Shown here one piece after another: positions 16,844 through 25,482 of a stretch of DNA of 30,300 bases. The notes below the pieces were generated by a model that saw only the letters and a list, made by a program, of their open reading frames with translations, had not been told where the DNA came from and did no database searches. Source of the DNA: Candidatus Hermodarchaeota archaeon (GTDB lineage: Archaea > Asgardarchaeota > Hermodarchaeia > Hermodarchaeales > Hermodarchaeaceae); assembly GCA_016840065.1 (NCBI GenBank), contig JAEOTB010000073.1, positions 1-30,300 on the forward strand, read 5' to 3'. Every line of letters begins with the position of its first letter. The stretch's first letter is position 1. Position numbers and translations under genes: made by a program.

Positions 16844-18871
16844 TCAGTTCTTGATTGGCGGCATTACGTTACAGTAACCATTCATTACTTCAAGCTTGTC
16901 TTGGTTGAGGACTTTGAAGCTTAATCGCACAAGGTTCTTTTCAGGTACTTTTTCTGTAACTTCCACAATCGCTGTAATCTTGTCCCCTGGGTATACCGGG
17001 GCTGTGAAATTGACCTTCATATTGTAGGCTAGAGTGCCGAGTCCTGGGAGTTTCATCCCAACCACTCGTGCTACTAGAGCGCCCCCTATGGGGCCATGAG
17101 CTATCCTTTTCCCAAAAATGGTTGTCGCTGCATAGTCTTGGTCCATGTGGAGCGGGTTGTAATCGCCCGACATCTTGGCGTATAACTCGATGTGTTCTTC
17201 TGTAACCCTCATCACACCCTCAGCTGTTTCACCGATTTTAATCTCTTCCAGACTTTTTCCAAGAGTAAACCGCGGCGATTCATCTGTGGCGATGGTTTCT
17301 GCGGGTGCATCAGAGACCAGTCCTTGAAAGGTCTGAGGAGTGAACCTGAACATTCGGGCGAACTTCATTAACAACTCCATATCGTCGGTGTCGATAACGA
17401 CCCGCTTGGTCATCATTGCCTGCATCGCATCGAGTTTTCCGAAGAGAATCTCTCGCCAGGTCGCTGAATCCGTTTTGATCGTCATGGTGGGTACTGGTAT
17501 CTTTTTTTGTATAGCAGAGCATGTTTGGTTGTCGATGCTTAGAAGCCACGGGTCATGATCGGAAAAGATGAATTGAATCTGTGCAGTAATTCCTTTCGCC
17601 CGTTCTGAGCGGAACCCATTCGGTATCGCTGCCATGAGCGTATCGAAGCCGATGGCTTCAAGGTCAACTCCACTAGGTGGTTGCGCAGCACCGCGTTTCT
17701 CTTCGATGTACACTTCTCTTTGAATCAGGAACCGCATGATTTCAGAGGTTCCTCCACCAATAGTGCCCAGCCTAGCATCTAGGTAGAACTGACTGAGTGG
17801 ATAGAAGTCCTCCACATAGCCAGCCCCACCGCAGATCTGGATAGCCTGGTCACAGATTTCCACCGATGCTTCGGTGGCGAAGAGCTTCGCGATGGTGGCT
17901 TCCTTGGTGCAAGGCAGGCCCTTCTCGATCATTCTCGCAGCCGTCACCAGAAGCAATCGTGAGGCGCGAATCTTCGTTGCCATGTCTGCGATTTTGAAGG
18001 AGATCGCTTCAAAGCGAGAAATAGGACGGTCGAACTGGATACGCTCTTGGGAATACTTGACCGCCACTTCGAAGGGGGTCCGCATACACCCCAGGGCTTC
18101 TGCGGCGATACCTATCCGTTCAGAGTCCAGCTCATCCATCAGGATCAGAAAGCCTTGATTGACCTTGCCGAGGAGGTTCTCCTTGGGCACTTTCACATCC
18201 TTGAATTCGAGGTGAGAGGCGTGGACGCCCTTTCGTCCCATGAGTTTGTAATCCTTTGTGGCGGTGAATCCCTTCCATGAGGTTTCAACGATGAAGGCAG
18301 ACATCCCGCTCTTACTATCCACTCCGGGGTCGGTGATGGCAAATACTACGATGTGATCCGCGATACTGCCATTGGTGATGTAGCGCTTCTCTCCATTCAG
18401 TATCCAGCATTGCTCCTTCTCGTTCCACACTGCGGAGGTTTCCATACCCGCGGTATCGCTGCCCACCTTGGGTTCAGTTATGGCTAGCGCACTAATTTTC
18501 TCGCCCTTCGCCAAGGGTTTGAGGTATTTTTGCTTCTGTTCCTCGCTCCCAAAGCGGAGAATGGGGATAGCGCTTAAGGTACAGCTGGCACCAAACATCA
18601 TCGTGGCGGCAGGACACACCGCGGATATTTCTTCGCCGGCAATCAGCTGGTACATGAAGGGTTTACCAGACCCCCCATACTCCTGTGGAACCATTAACCC
18701 CGAGAGGCCAAACTCGCCTAATTTCCGGAAGAAGAGCCTGTAGTCAAAATCATCCTCGATAATCTTCTCGCGCATGGGGAGGATTTCTTCTGCAACCCAT
18801 TTTCGCACCTTCTCTCGAAATTCTAGTTCGTCAGGGGAGTAGAGGAATTGTTCATCATTAATGCGTGTCAT
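16844..18871 (-). CDS. Fusion protein: acyl-CoA dehydrogenase + SCP2 sterol-carrier domain + MaoC-type (R)-enoyl-CoA hydratase
   Basis: ACAD motifs ALAITEPKVGSD, LNGEKRYITNG, RIQFDRPI and GGAGY. SCP2-like region FRSERAKGITAQIQF..W..GKLDAMQAMMTKRVVI. MaoC motif YAKMSGDYNPLHMD..FGKRIAHG..FTAPVYPGD. ATG 18871 is preferred and GTG 18883 is an alternative. Confidence 0.9.
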   Translation of the reverse strand: MTRINDEQFLYSPDELEFREKVRKWVAEEILPMREKIIEDDFDYRLFFRKLGEFGLSGLMVPQEYGGSGKPFMYQLIAGEEISAVCPAATMMFGASCTLSAIPILRFGSEEQKQKYLKPLAKGEKISALAITEPKVGSDTAGMETSAVWNEKEQCWILNGEKRYITNGSIADHIVVFAITDPGVDSKSGMSAFIVETSWKGFTATKDYKLMGRKGVHASHLEFKDVKVPKENLLGKVNQGFLILMDELDSERIGIAAEALGCMRTPFEVAVKYSQERIQFDRPISRFEAISFKIADMATKIRASRLLLVTAARMIEKGLPCTKEATIAKLFATEASVEICDQAIQICGGAGYVEDFYPLSQFYLDARLGTIGGGTSEIMRFLIQREVYIEEKRGAAQPPSGVDLEAIGFDTLMAAIPNGFRSERAKGITAQIQFIFSDHDPWLLSIDNQTCSAIQKKIPVPTMTIKTDSATWREILFGKLDAMQAMMTKRVVIDTDDMELLMKFARMFRFTPQTFQGLVSDAPAETIATDESPRFTLGKSLEEIKIGETAEGVMRVTEEHIELYAKMSGDYNPLHMDQDYAATTIFGKRIAHGPIGGALVARVVGMKLPGLGTLAYNMKVNFTAPVYPGDKITAIVEVTEKVPEKNLVRLSFKVLNQDKLEVMNGYCNVMPPIKN

Positions 18872-19059
18872 AGCTAGAATCACCAGCGCTACTAGTAAAC
18901 GGAATACTTCTGGTAGAGGGGAGTATTCTGATGTTTCTTCAAAAGTATTTGGAGTGTAGCAAATTCCGATTAGACGCGCTTTTTGAACAAAGGCAGAGAA
19001 ATTAAGTGGAGTGGTTCATCAGTCGCATTAAGTTCTCTGGAAAAGGAAGATGATGTAAG

Positions 19060-20718
19060 ATGCGATTCTTTGGCCATCTAATCAAAGGAGATGTCACCTC
19101 CCCTGATAAAGGAAGAACCGGTCGATTCCCGAATATGAATTTGGCAATCGAGGATCCCCGCCTGCTTTTTGCCATGGCGCTCAGGGGCCAGGGATCACTG
19201 AGCCGCATTGCTGCGAGATATTTCGGTGGTCTACTCCCGGAAAAAACACCAGAAATCCGATTGTTAAAGGATTACATTCGCTGTCATGGTTATCCCTCAG
19301 CATCCAAGGATGAGATTGACGACATCATCTTTGCCCGATATGCCATTGGTGGAGTAAAGGAAACCACGACCGCTTGTGAAGAAGCCAGCCGGATAAAGCG
19401 GTTAATGCACAAGGAACTTCACAAGACCGGAGCAGGCCTTACACTCCGCGACCGAATGAAGAGCATTCCAATAATGAGTAAATTCATGTGGAAACACCTT
19501 GACTCATTCAAGGAAATCGCCATCGCCGAAGGTACCCCTGTGAAACTCTTTGACTGGCAGGCTGAGACAACCTTCAAGACCCTTTGCAAAGAAAAGGCTG
19601 ACTTCATCACCGACAGAATAGGGCCAAAAGAGATTCCTTGCAGCGTAAAAGGGGAGAAGACCTTGTTGTATCGTTTCCCCTTTGGAGCGGTCGGCATCTT
19701 CCCACCGTATAATGCAGCCCTAGGTCTCGGGTTCATGGCGATAGTCTCATCCTATTATGCTGGGAACGCCAACGTTACCCGAACCCCTGCAAGAATGCCC
19801 TTAACAAACATGGAATTGGCATATGTTCTACGGAACCTTATGGAAGAGCTGGAATTTCCTACTAGCGCCTTTCAGGCAGTGATTGGGCCGGCACGCCCAA
19901 TAGCGAAGTACATGATCAATGAATCTCCCCTGAATGCTATGGTTTACTATGGTGATTCAGATGTGGGGTTGCAGCTAATGTCTCAGGCAATCAGGAGGGG
20001 CTTGCACTTTGTACCCGAACTAGCGGGGAGTGGAGCAAGCTTGGTCTGGAAAGATGTTGATGTGAACAAGGTTGCTGATTTCGTCACGCATGCCCGGTTC
20101 TTCGGTTCAGGACAGATATGTCTGGCAGCAAAGAGGCTATTCCTCCACGAAGCAATCTACGACGAATTCGTTGAGGCCCTGGTAGAGAAAAGTGAGCAGT
20201 TGAAGGTTGGGATTCCAGCAGACCCCAAGACCGATTTGCCTGCTCTCGGAAGCCGAGCCCTCTACCAGATTATAGACATGACGGAGGAGGCTCTAAAGAA
20301 AGGAGCTAAGCTAGAAACCGGAGGCTATCGAATCGATGTCCACGGTGAAGGAGACGATTCAGGATTATTCTACAAACCAACCATTCTCAGTGATGTTCCC
20401 CTCGAATGTAAGATGTGGTACCACGAAACCTTCGGCCCAGTTCTGCCCATTATGAAAGTGAAGAATTTTGACCAGGCAATTGCTCAGGCAAACAATACAC
20501 CCTATGGTCTTCGGACTTCAGTGTATAGTGATGACCCCACCATCTGCCAACGGTTCTTCGATGAAATTGAGGCCCCAGGAATCGCCGTGAATACTGACCA
20601 CCTTCACTTCGATACCTTCTATCCTCATCTAGGCGGCTTGAAGACTAGTGGAGTCTTTGGTGGCAAGTATTTCTATGAAGTCTTGACGTATCTGAAATAC
20701 CGTCATTTCCCAGCGTAG
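19060..20718 (+). CDS. Aldehyde dehydrogenase family protein (divergent, with N-terminal insertion)
   Basis: FPFGAVGIFPPYN, catalytic Glu PELAGSG, catalytic Cys GQICLA, ETFGPVLPI and ANNTPYGL. Confidence 0.88.
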   Translation: MRFFGHLIKGDVTSPDKGRTGRFPNMNLAIEDPRLLFAMALRGQGSLSRIAARYFGGLLPEKTPEIRLLKDYIRCHGYPSASKDEIDDIIFARYAIGGVKETTTACEEASRIKRLMHKELHKTGAGLTLRDRMKSIPIMSKFMWKHLDSFKEIAIAEGTPVKLFDWQAETTFKTLCKEKADFITDRIGPKEIPCSVKGEKTLLYRFPFGAVGIFPPYNAALGLGFMAIVSSYYAGNANVTRTPARMPLTNMELAYVLRNLMEELEFPTSAFQAVIGPARPIAKYMINESPLNAMVYYGDSDVGLQLMSQAIRRGLHFVPELAGSGASLVWKDVDVNKVADFVTHARFFGSGQICLAAKRLFLHEAIYDEFVEALVEKSEQLKVGIPADPKTDLPALGSRALYQIIDMTEEALKKGAKLETGGYRIDVHGEGDDSGLFYKPTILSDVPLECKMWYHETFGPVLPIMKVKNFDQAIAQANNTPYGLRTSVYSDDPTICQRFFDEIEAPGIAVNTDHLHFDTFYPHLGGLKTSGVFGGKYFYEVLTYLKYRHFPA

Positions 20719-20907
20719 AATTACATCTTCAGTGGTGGTCCCGTAAAACGGACAATCTATGGGGGGAAACCATGTCTCCTTATCTTAACCTCAAATTAAG
20801 CTTTGGCACACCAAATATCAATAACGCACTGTCAGTCCAGTTCGTTTATATGCTATTACAATAATAATGTTTTACAACTCAACCTTATTAACTGGAGGAG
20901 GAACTAA

Positions 20908-22977
20908 TTGTCAGGTCTTGGAGATGCGGATTTCGCCCGGGCAAGACAACTCAGAGATGAGGGAGAGTTCACGAAAGCTATGGAAGTCATAGAGGCGATT
21001 GAAACCCGTAGAGACCTAACCGATGTTGAGCGATTTAGTTGTCAGCTCTTAAGGGCTACCATTCTAATACGACGAAACCAAATCAACGATGCTTTATTGC
21101 TAGCCGAAAAGACCCTCTACAAAAGCCAAGATCTAGGTCAACACCTCGTAGCCATTGATGCTCTTATAGTGATGGCGACCGCTCTGTATGAACTCGGTAG
21201 ATACGACGAAGGCTTGGAGGTTATCACTCAAGGTGAACAACTACTAGCCAACCTTGAAAAACCCGCGTCAACTACTCCCAGAGTACGGAAGGTTATTCAG
21301 AAACTAATCAGTAAAATTACTGGTAGGGCAATCGTTACACCTCACCCACCAATTCCCCATTCAGTTATCGCGTCAGCTAGTTCAGCCAGTGACACAGACC
21401 AGCTTTCGGCAATCATGCAGCGAAAAGCAGCCATACTCTTTCGCAAAGCAACACTACTCATAGCCCAAGGCCACATTAATCAAGCTCAAGACCTAACACA
21501 GCAGAGTCTTGAATTATACCAGACTCTGGGTAATCGAGCCCGTATTGGAAGTGCTCTTCTAATTCTTGGTTCAATTAGCTCCCGGAAAGGTGATTTCGAC
21601 AAAGCCTTGGACTACTATCAGCAAAGCCTAACTTTGTATGAGGAACAGGGAATCAGATACTACACATTTTCTAGCATTAATAATATCGGTGAAATATACC
21701 GGCAAAAAGGTGAATTGGAACTAGCTTTGGAATACTATCAAAAAGGTCTAGCGTTGGCTACAGACATTGGGAATAGAACCTATGTCAGTACAGCTCTTAT
21801 TAATATTGGAGCGACGTATTGGCAAAAAGGGGACTTGGAGCGCGCTCAAGAATATCTTGAAAGAGGGTTGAAGCTATTAGAGAAGGAGCAAGCGGGTACC
21901 ATAGGAGTTACTGAATGTCTTACTCGTCTGATTTTCATAGCTGTTGAACAGAACAACCAAGAACGTGCACAGCATTATTTGAATCGCATTAAGGAAATCC
22001 ATGACTCTGTAGAGAACAAATTATTGAGCCAGATCTACCGGTTAGCAAAGGCGATTGTTCTAAAAGCGAGTCCTCGGGCACGCTATCGCGTTCAAGCAGA
22101 AGAGCTATTCATGCAATTGGTAGATGAAGAGATTATAGTTCTTGAACTCACTACTTTTGCTCTCCTCTATCTTTGTGATTTACAACTTGCTGAATTGCGG
22201 AATACCGGCGATTCAAGTTTACTTGAGGAGATCCAATCTCACGTGAATCGTCTACTTGAGATAGCTCAAAAGCAGGGTTCTCAATGGGTACTCACTGAAA
22301 CCTACACTCTACAGGGCAGACTCGCTTTGTTACAGCTAGATCTCAATGCAGCTCGTCGCATGTTTACTCAAGCTCAAACTATTGCAGAAGAACATGGATT
22401 GCAACGGTTGGCGACGATAATCTCCCGTGAACATGATATTTTATTGGACCAATTGGGCAAATGGGAGGAACTGATTGAGCGACAAGCCCCTCTGGCAGAG
22501 CGTGTAGAACTTGCTCAATTGGAGAAGCTAGTCGTACGGATGGTGCGGAAACGAGTCGAGGAGATTCCTGAATTACCTGAAGAGGAACCAGTCTTACTCC
22601 TAATCCTTGCAGGTAGTGGAATCTCCCTTTTCTCTAAAAGTCTGATGCCGGAAAGTGCCCTAGACACACAATTGGTAAGTGGCTTCTTGACTGCAATTCA
22701 CGGATTCAGTGGAGAAGTCTTCTCTCAATCATTGGATCGAGCTAAACTCGGTGATTTTACTCTGCTGATGCAGGCAGCAAACCCCTTACTAGTGAGCTAT
22801 GTATGTAAAGGACAGTCTTATTCCGCTCAACGAAAGCTGACGACGTTTCTGTCAAGAATTCAAGCTGATGAGGAAATTTGGCAGAAACTTGTGGAAGCAC
22901 AACAGATGGGGAAGATACTGACTGGTGAAGATTACAAAGCAGTAGAAGATCTACTAATTGGGATTTTTCCTTCGTGA
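20908..22977 (+). CDS. TPR-repeat protein with C-terminal longin domain
   Basis: TPR units (SSINNIGEIYRQKGELELALEYYQKGL). The C-terminus PVLLLILAGSGISLFSK..QLVSGFLTAIHGFSGEVF..AKLGDFTLLM is a longin signature. GGAGGAGG SD before the TTG start. Confidence 0.88.
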   Translation: MSGLGDADFARARQLRDEGEFTKAMEVIEAIETRRDLTDVERFSCQLLRATILIRRNQINDALLLAEKTLYKSQDLGQHLVAIDALIVMATALYELGRYDEGLEVITQGEQLLANLEKPASTTPRVRKVIQKLISKITGRAIVTPHPPIPHSVIASASSASDTDQLSAIMQRKAAILFRKATLLIAQGHINQAQDLTQQSLELYQTLGNRARIGSALLILGSISSRKGDFDKALDYYQQSLTLYEEQGIRYYTFSSINNIGEIYRQKGELELALEYYQKGLALATDIGNRTYVSTALINIGATYWQKGDLERAQEYLERGLKLLEKEQAGTIGVTECLTRLIFIAVEQNNQERAQHYLNRIKEIHDSVENKLLSQIYRLAKAIVLKASPRARYRVQAEELFMQLVDEEIIVLELTTFALLYLCDLQLAELRNTGDSSLLEEIQSHVNRLLEIAQKQGSQWVLTETYTLQGRLALLQLDLNAARRMFTQAQTIAEEHGLQRLATIISREHDILLDQLGKWEELIERQAPLAERVELAQLEKLVVRMVRKRVEEIPELPEEEPVLLLILAGSGISLFSKSLMPESALDTQLVSGFLTAIHGFSGEVFSQSLDRAKLGDFTLLMQAANPLLVSYVCKGQSYSAQRKLTTFLSRIQADEEIWQKLVEAQQMGKILTGEDYKAVEDLLIGIFPS

Positions 22978-23011
22978 GTCTGAGGAACCTGATATTCGGG
23001 GAAAGATTCTT

Positions 23012-23332
23012 CTAGACAATTTCAACGAGGGTTATCCGGAACACCAAGGTCTTGCCCGACATAGGATGGCCTGGTCTGTGACCATAGGCTTGTTCGGGGG
23101 GTAAGGTTACGGTTTTCTCTTCACTTGGCTTCATGCCGACGATGGCATCGTTGAAGCCCTGAATTACCTGCCCAGCGCCGAGTTTGAACTTGAGGGGTTC
23201 GTAATCTCTGCGTGGGTCATAGATACCGGCGCTTTTCGCCTCCTCGATGAGCGAAGTGTCGAAGACTTCTCCGGAGGGGAAGGATCCGTGATAGTGCACG
23301 CGAACCGTGTCACCGTTTTTTGCTACCGTCAT
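23012..23332 (-). CDS. FKBP-type peptidyl-prolyl isomerase (archaeal short type, no IF domain)
   Basis: [17 protein letters not shown], bulge insert [26 protein letters not shown] and HPMSGKTL. Confidence 0.92.
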   Translation of the reverse strand: MTVAKNGDTVRVHYHGSFPSGEVFDTSLIEEAKSAGIYDPRRDYEPLKFKLGAGQVIQGFNDAIVGMKPSEEKTVTLPPEQAYGHRPGHPMSGKTLVFRITLVEIV

Positions 23333-23391
23333 GAAAGTGAACTCCTAGTTCTAGGGATTGAAGGTTGTCCTCTTAAACTTGCTGCTTTCCT

Positions 23392-23685
23392 CTATTCTTC
23401 GTCCGATAACAACGAAGGGTTTTTCTGAGTGGTGGCTGGTATCGCTACCTGTTTGATTGATATCATTGTGTTTCTCTGAGTAGTCGTGCCTGATGGTCTT
23501 GTACGCGGTTGAGGGCGAGGCTGGGGGGTTTCCTCTTCGCTAGCTGGAACACTGGCATCGGGTACTGTTACGATGACCATCTCGAACCGTTCACGCCGCT
23601 CTAGCTCGGGTCGGGGTTTTCGCTTCCGCTTGGTTCTTCGCTTAGTCTTGGGTTTCGCTTTGGTTTTTCTTCTCCTTGAACTCAA
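23392..23685 (-). CDS. Small low-complexity protein with a highly basic N-terminus
   Basis: Fills the gap between the two co-oriented FKBP genes. TTG start is preceded by GGTGGGATG, and the N-terminus reads RRRKTKAKPKTKRRTKRKRK. Confidence 0.5.
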   Translation of the reverse strand: MSSRRRKTKAKPKTKRRTKRKRKPRPELERRERFEMVIVTVPDASVPASEEETPQPRPQPRTRPSGTTTQRNTMISIKQVAIPATTQKNPSLLSDEE

Positions 23686-23756
23686 AAAGTCATCCCACCA
23701 GCACTAAGAATGAACCGTCCTTCGATCCAACGAAATAGAAGTGGCATTCAAAATAC

Positions 23757-24107
23757 TCAAGAGGAACTCGCTAGCCCTGATTTCGTTCCAATGATGTCGA
23801 CCAGTAGAAGGCGGAACTTGAGCGTCTTCCCGGCCATCGGGTGTTTACCGCTCTTCCCATAAGCTAGCTCAGGAGGAAGGGTAACGGTCTTTTCTTGACC
23901 GGGTTTCATTCCGATGAGGGCATTGTTGAAGCCCTTAATCACTTGGCCAGCACCTAGGGTTATAGTTAGTGGTTTGTAGTCTAGCCCGCGTTTGAATATT
24001 CCTTGGCGGATTGCCTCCTTCTCCATACTGGTCTCGAAGACCTTTCCGCCGGGAAAACTTAGGGCATAATGAACTCTTACAGTATCGCCGTCTTTTGCTT
24101 CTGTCAT
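23757..24107 (-). CDS. FKBP-type peptidyl-prolyl isomerase (paralog, no IF domain)
   Basis: [14 protein letters not shown] aligns with [14 protein letters not shown], so the start is 24107 rather than 24179. Also LGAGQVIKGF and AYGKSGKHPMAGKTL. Confidence 0.9.
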   Translation of the reverse strand: MTEAKDGDTVRVHYALSFPGGKVFETSMEKEAIRQGIFKRGLDYKPLTITLGAGQVIKGFNNALIGMKPGQEKTVTLPPELAYGKSGKHPMAGKTLKFRLLLVDIIGTKSGLASSS

Positions 24108-24213
24108 GGTTTGCGGCTCCTTGTTCGGTGAGTGGGATTTTACATTCTTAAGTTTGATGCTCCTTACCCAAGCCATCAATTAAAATAGGGTTCGGGCTGC
24201 TAGTATCTTCGAT

Positions 24214-25389
24214 ATGGAGACCGTTACTGTTTCTTATTCGACTGAGAAAGGAAAAGAGCGCCGCGAGGAGGTCCCAGTGGATGCCTCTGTTGTTGATTTC
24301 GTTGGGCTTGAAATCGTTACCATCGATCTTGCTCCACTTGCTCAGTTTGAAAATCTCCATACCTTGGACCTGCGCGAGAACTCCCTCAAGACGCTGGACC
24401 TTAGACCCCTTCAGGGGTGTTCCGGTCTTGAGGACATTCTTCTGAGCGAGAACAAGTTAGAAACGCTGGACCTTGAGCCCCTAGAGGGATGTAGTAGCCT
24501 ACAATATCTTGATCTTGAGATGAACAAACTCTCGGAACTAAAGCTGGACCCGTTAGCGAAATGCCCACGACTCCACACTCTAGAGCTGGACGGTAACCTG
24601 ATGACAGAGATTGACCTAGAACCCCTCAGAGGACATAACAGCCTGCACCGTCTAACTCTTGGTAAGCAACTACAACGAATCGACCTAAAGCCGCTCCAAC
24701 ATTGCCCGGGGCTAGAAGAACTCGACATCAGGGGAAACCAGCTCTCAGGCCTGGTGCTACCCCGGTTTCCACACCTGATGCGCCTGTACCTGTCTGGAAA
24801 CAAACTCTCGACGATTGCCCTTGACCAAATGCAGTACTCCCCCCACATCAAGCTAATCGACCTTCGGGGAAACCAGCTAAAAGAAGTAGACCTGACCCCC
24901 CTAAAGGGCTGCCCGAACCTCCGGGGACTCTACCTCAGCGGAAACGAACTCCAAAAAATCAATCTCCACCCATTGGCGAATTGCCCAAACCTCCGCACAC
25001 TAGACCTCCTCGGCACTAAAGCAGATCACATTGACCTGGAACCTCTTCGGCGAACACGTCGCCTCCGACGCCTATTCATCGGAGGACTCAGTATGCACAC
25101 AATCGACTTGAGTCCACTGCGGAGCTGTACACGACTGGAGCGCCTCTACCTGAGGAAAGCCCTGAAAGAGGTGGACCTCTCCCAGCTGGAAAAGTGTACG
25201 CGGCTGGAGGAGCTGGACCTGCGCTTCAACCAGCTACAGGAGGTTGACATCTCCGTGGTCTTCAACCTTCCCGACCTTAAGTCCCTGAAACTAGACGAGG
25301 ACGTAACCCTCACCGCTCTCCAGCGCCTCAAGGATAAGGCATTACCTGAAGCCCTGAAGGAGCACCAGAAGCACATCAAATGGCACTAA
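24214..25389 (+). CDS. Leucine-rich repeat protein (24-aa repeats)
   Basis: About 13 units of LxxLDLxxNxLxxIDLxPLxxCxx. Confidence 0.92.
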   Translation: METVTVSYSTEKGKERREEVPVDASVVDFVGLEIVTIDLAPLAQFENLHTLDLRENSLKTLDLRPLQGCSGLEDILLSENKLETLDLEPLEGCSSLQYLDLEMNKLSELKLDPLAKCPRLHTLELDGNLMTEIDLEPLRGHNSLHRLTLGKQLQRIDLKPLQHCPGLEELDIRGNQLSGLVLPRFPHLMRLYLSGNKLSTIALDQMQYSPHIKLIDLRGNQLKEVDLTPLKGCPNLRGLYLSGNELQKINLHPLANCPNLRTLDLLGTKADHIDLEPLRRTRRLRRLFIGGLSMHTIDLSPLRSCTRLERLYLRKALKEVDLSQLEKCTRLEELDLRFNQLQEVDISVVFNLPDLKSLKLDEDVTLTALQRLKDKALPEALKEHQKHIKWH

Positions 25390-25482
25390 AACTCACTTTT
25401 TGACAAACTAAGCTAATTTCAACAAGGCAGCAGTTTTTTAACCCGAAAGAAATGGTGTAACACCATCAAGGAGGATCCTGCA

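Noticed and set aside
15171-20718. LuxE/LuxC-like fatty-acid reductase pair
   Set aside because: The ALDH retains the hydrolytic-type Glu and ETFGP motifs and the ligase looks PaaK-like. There is no positive evidence for a Lux system, though it is not formally excluded.
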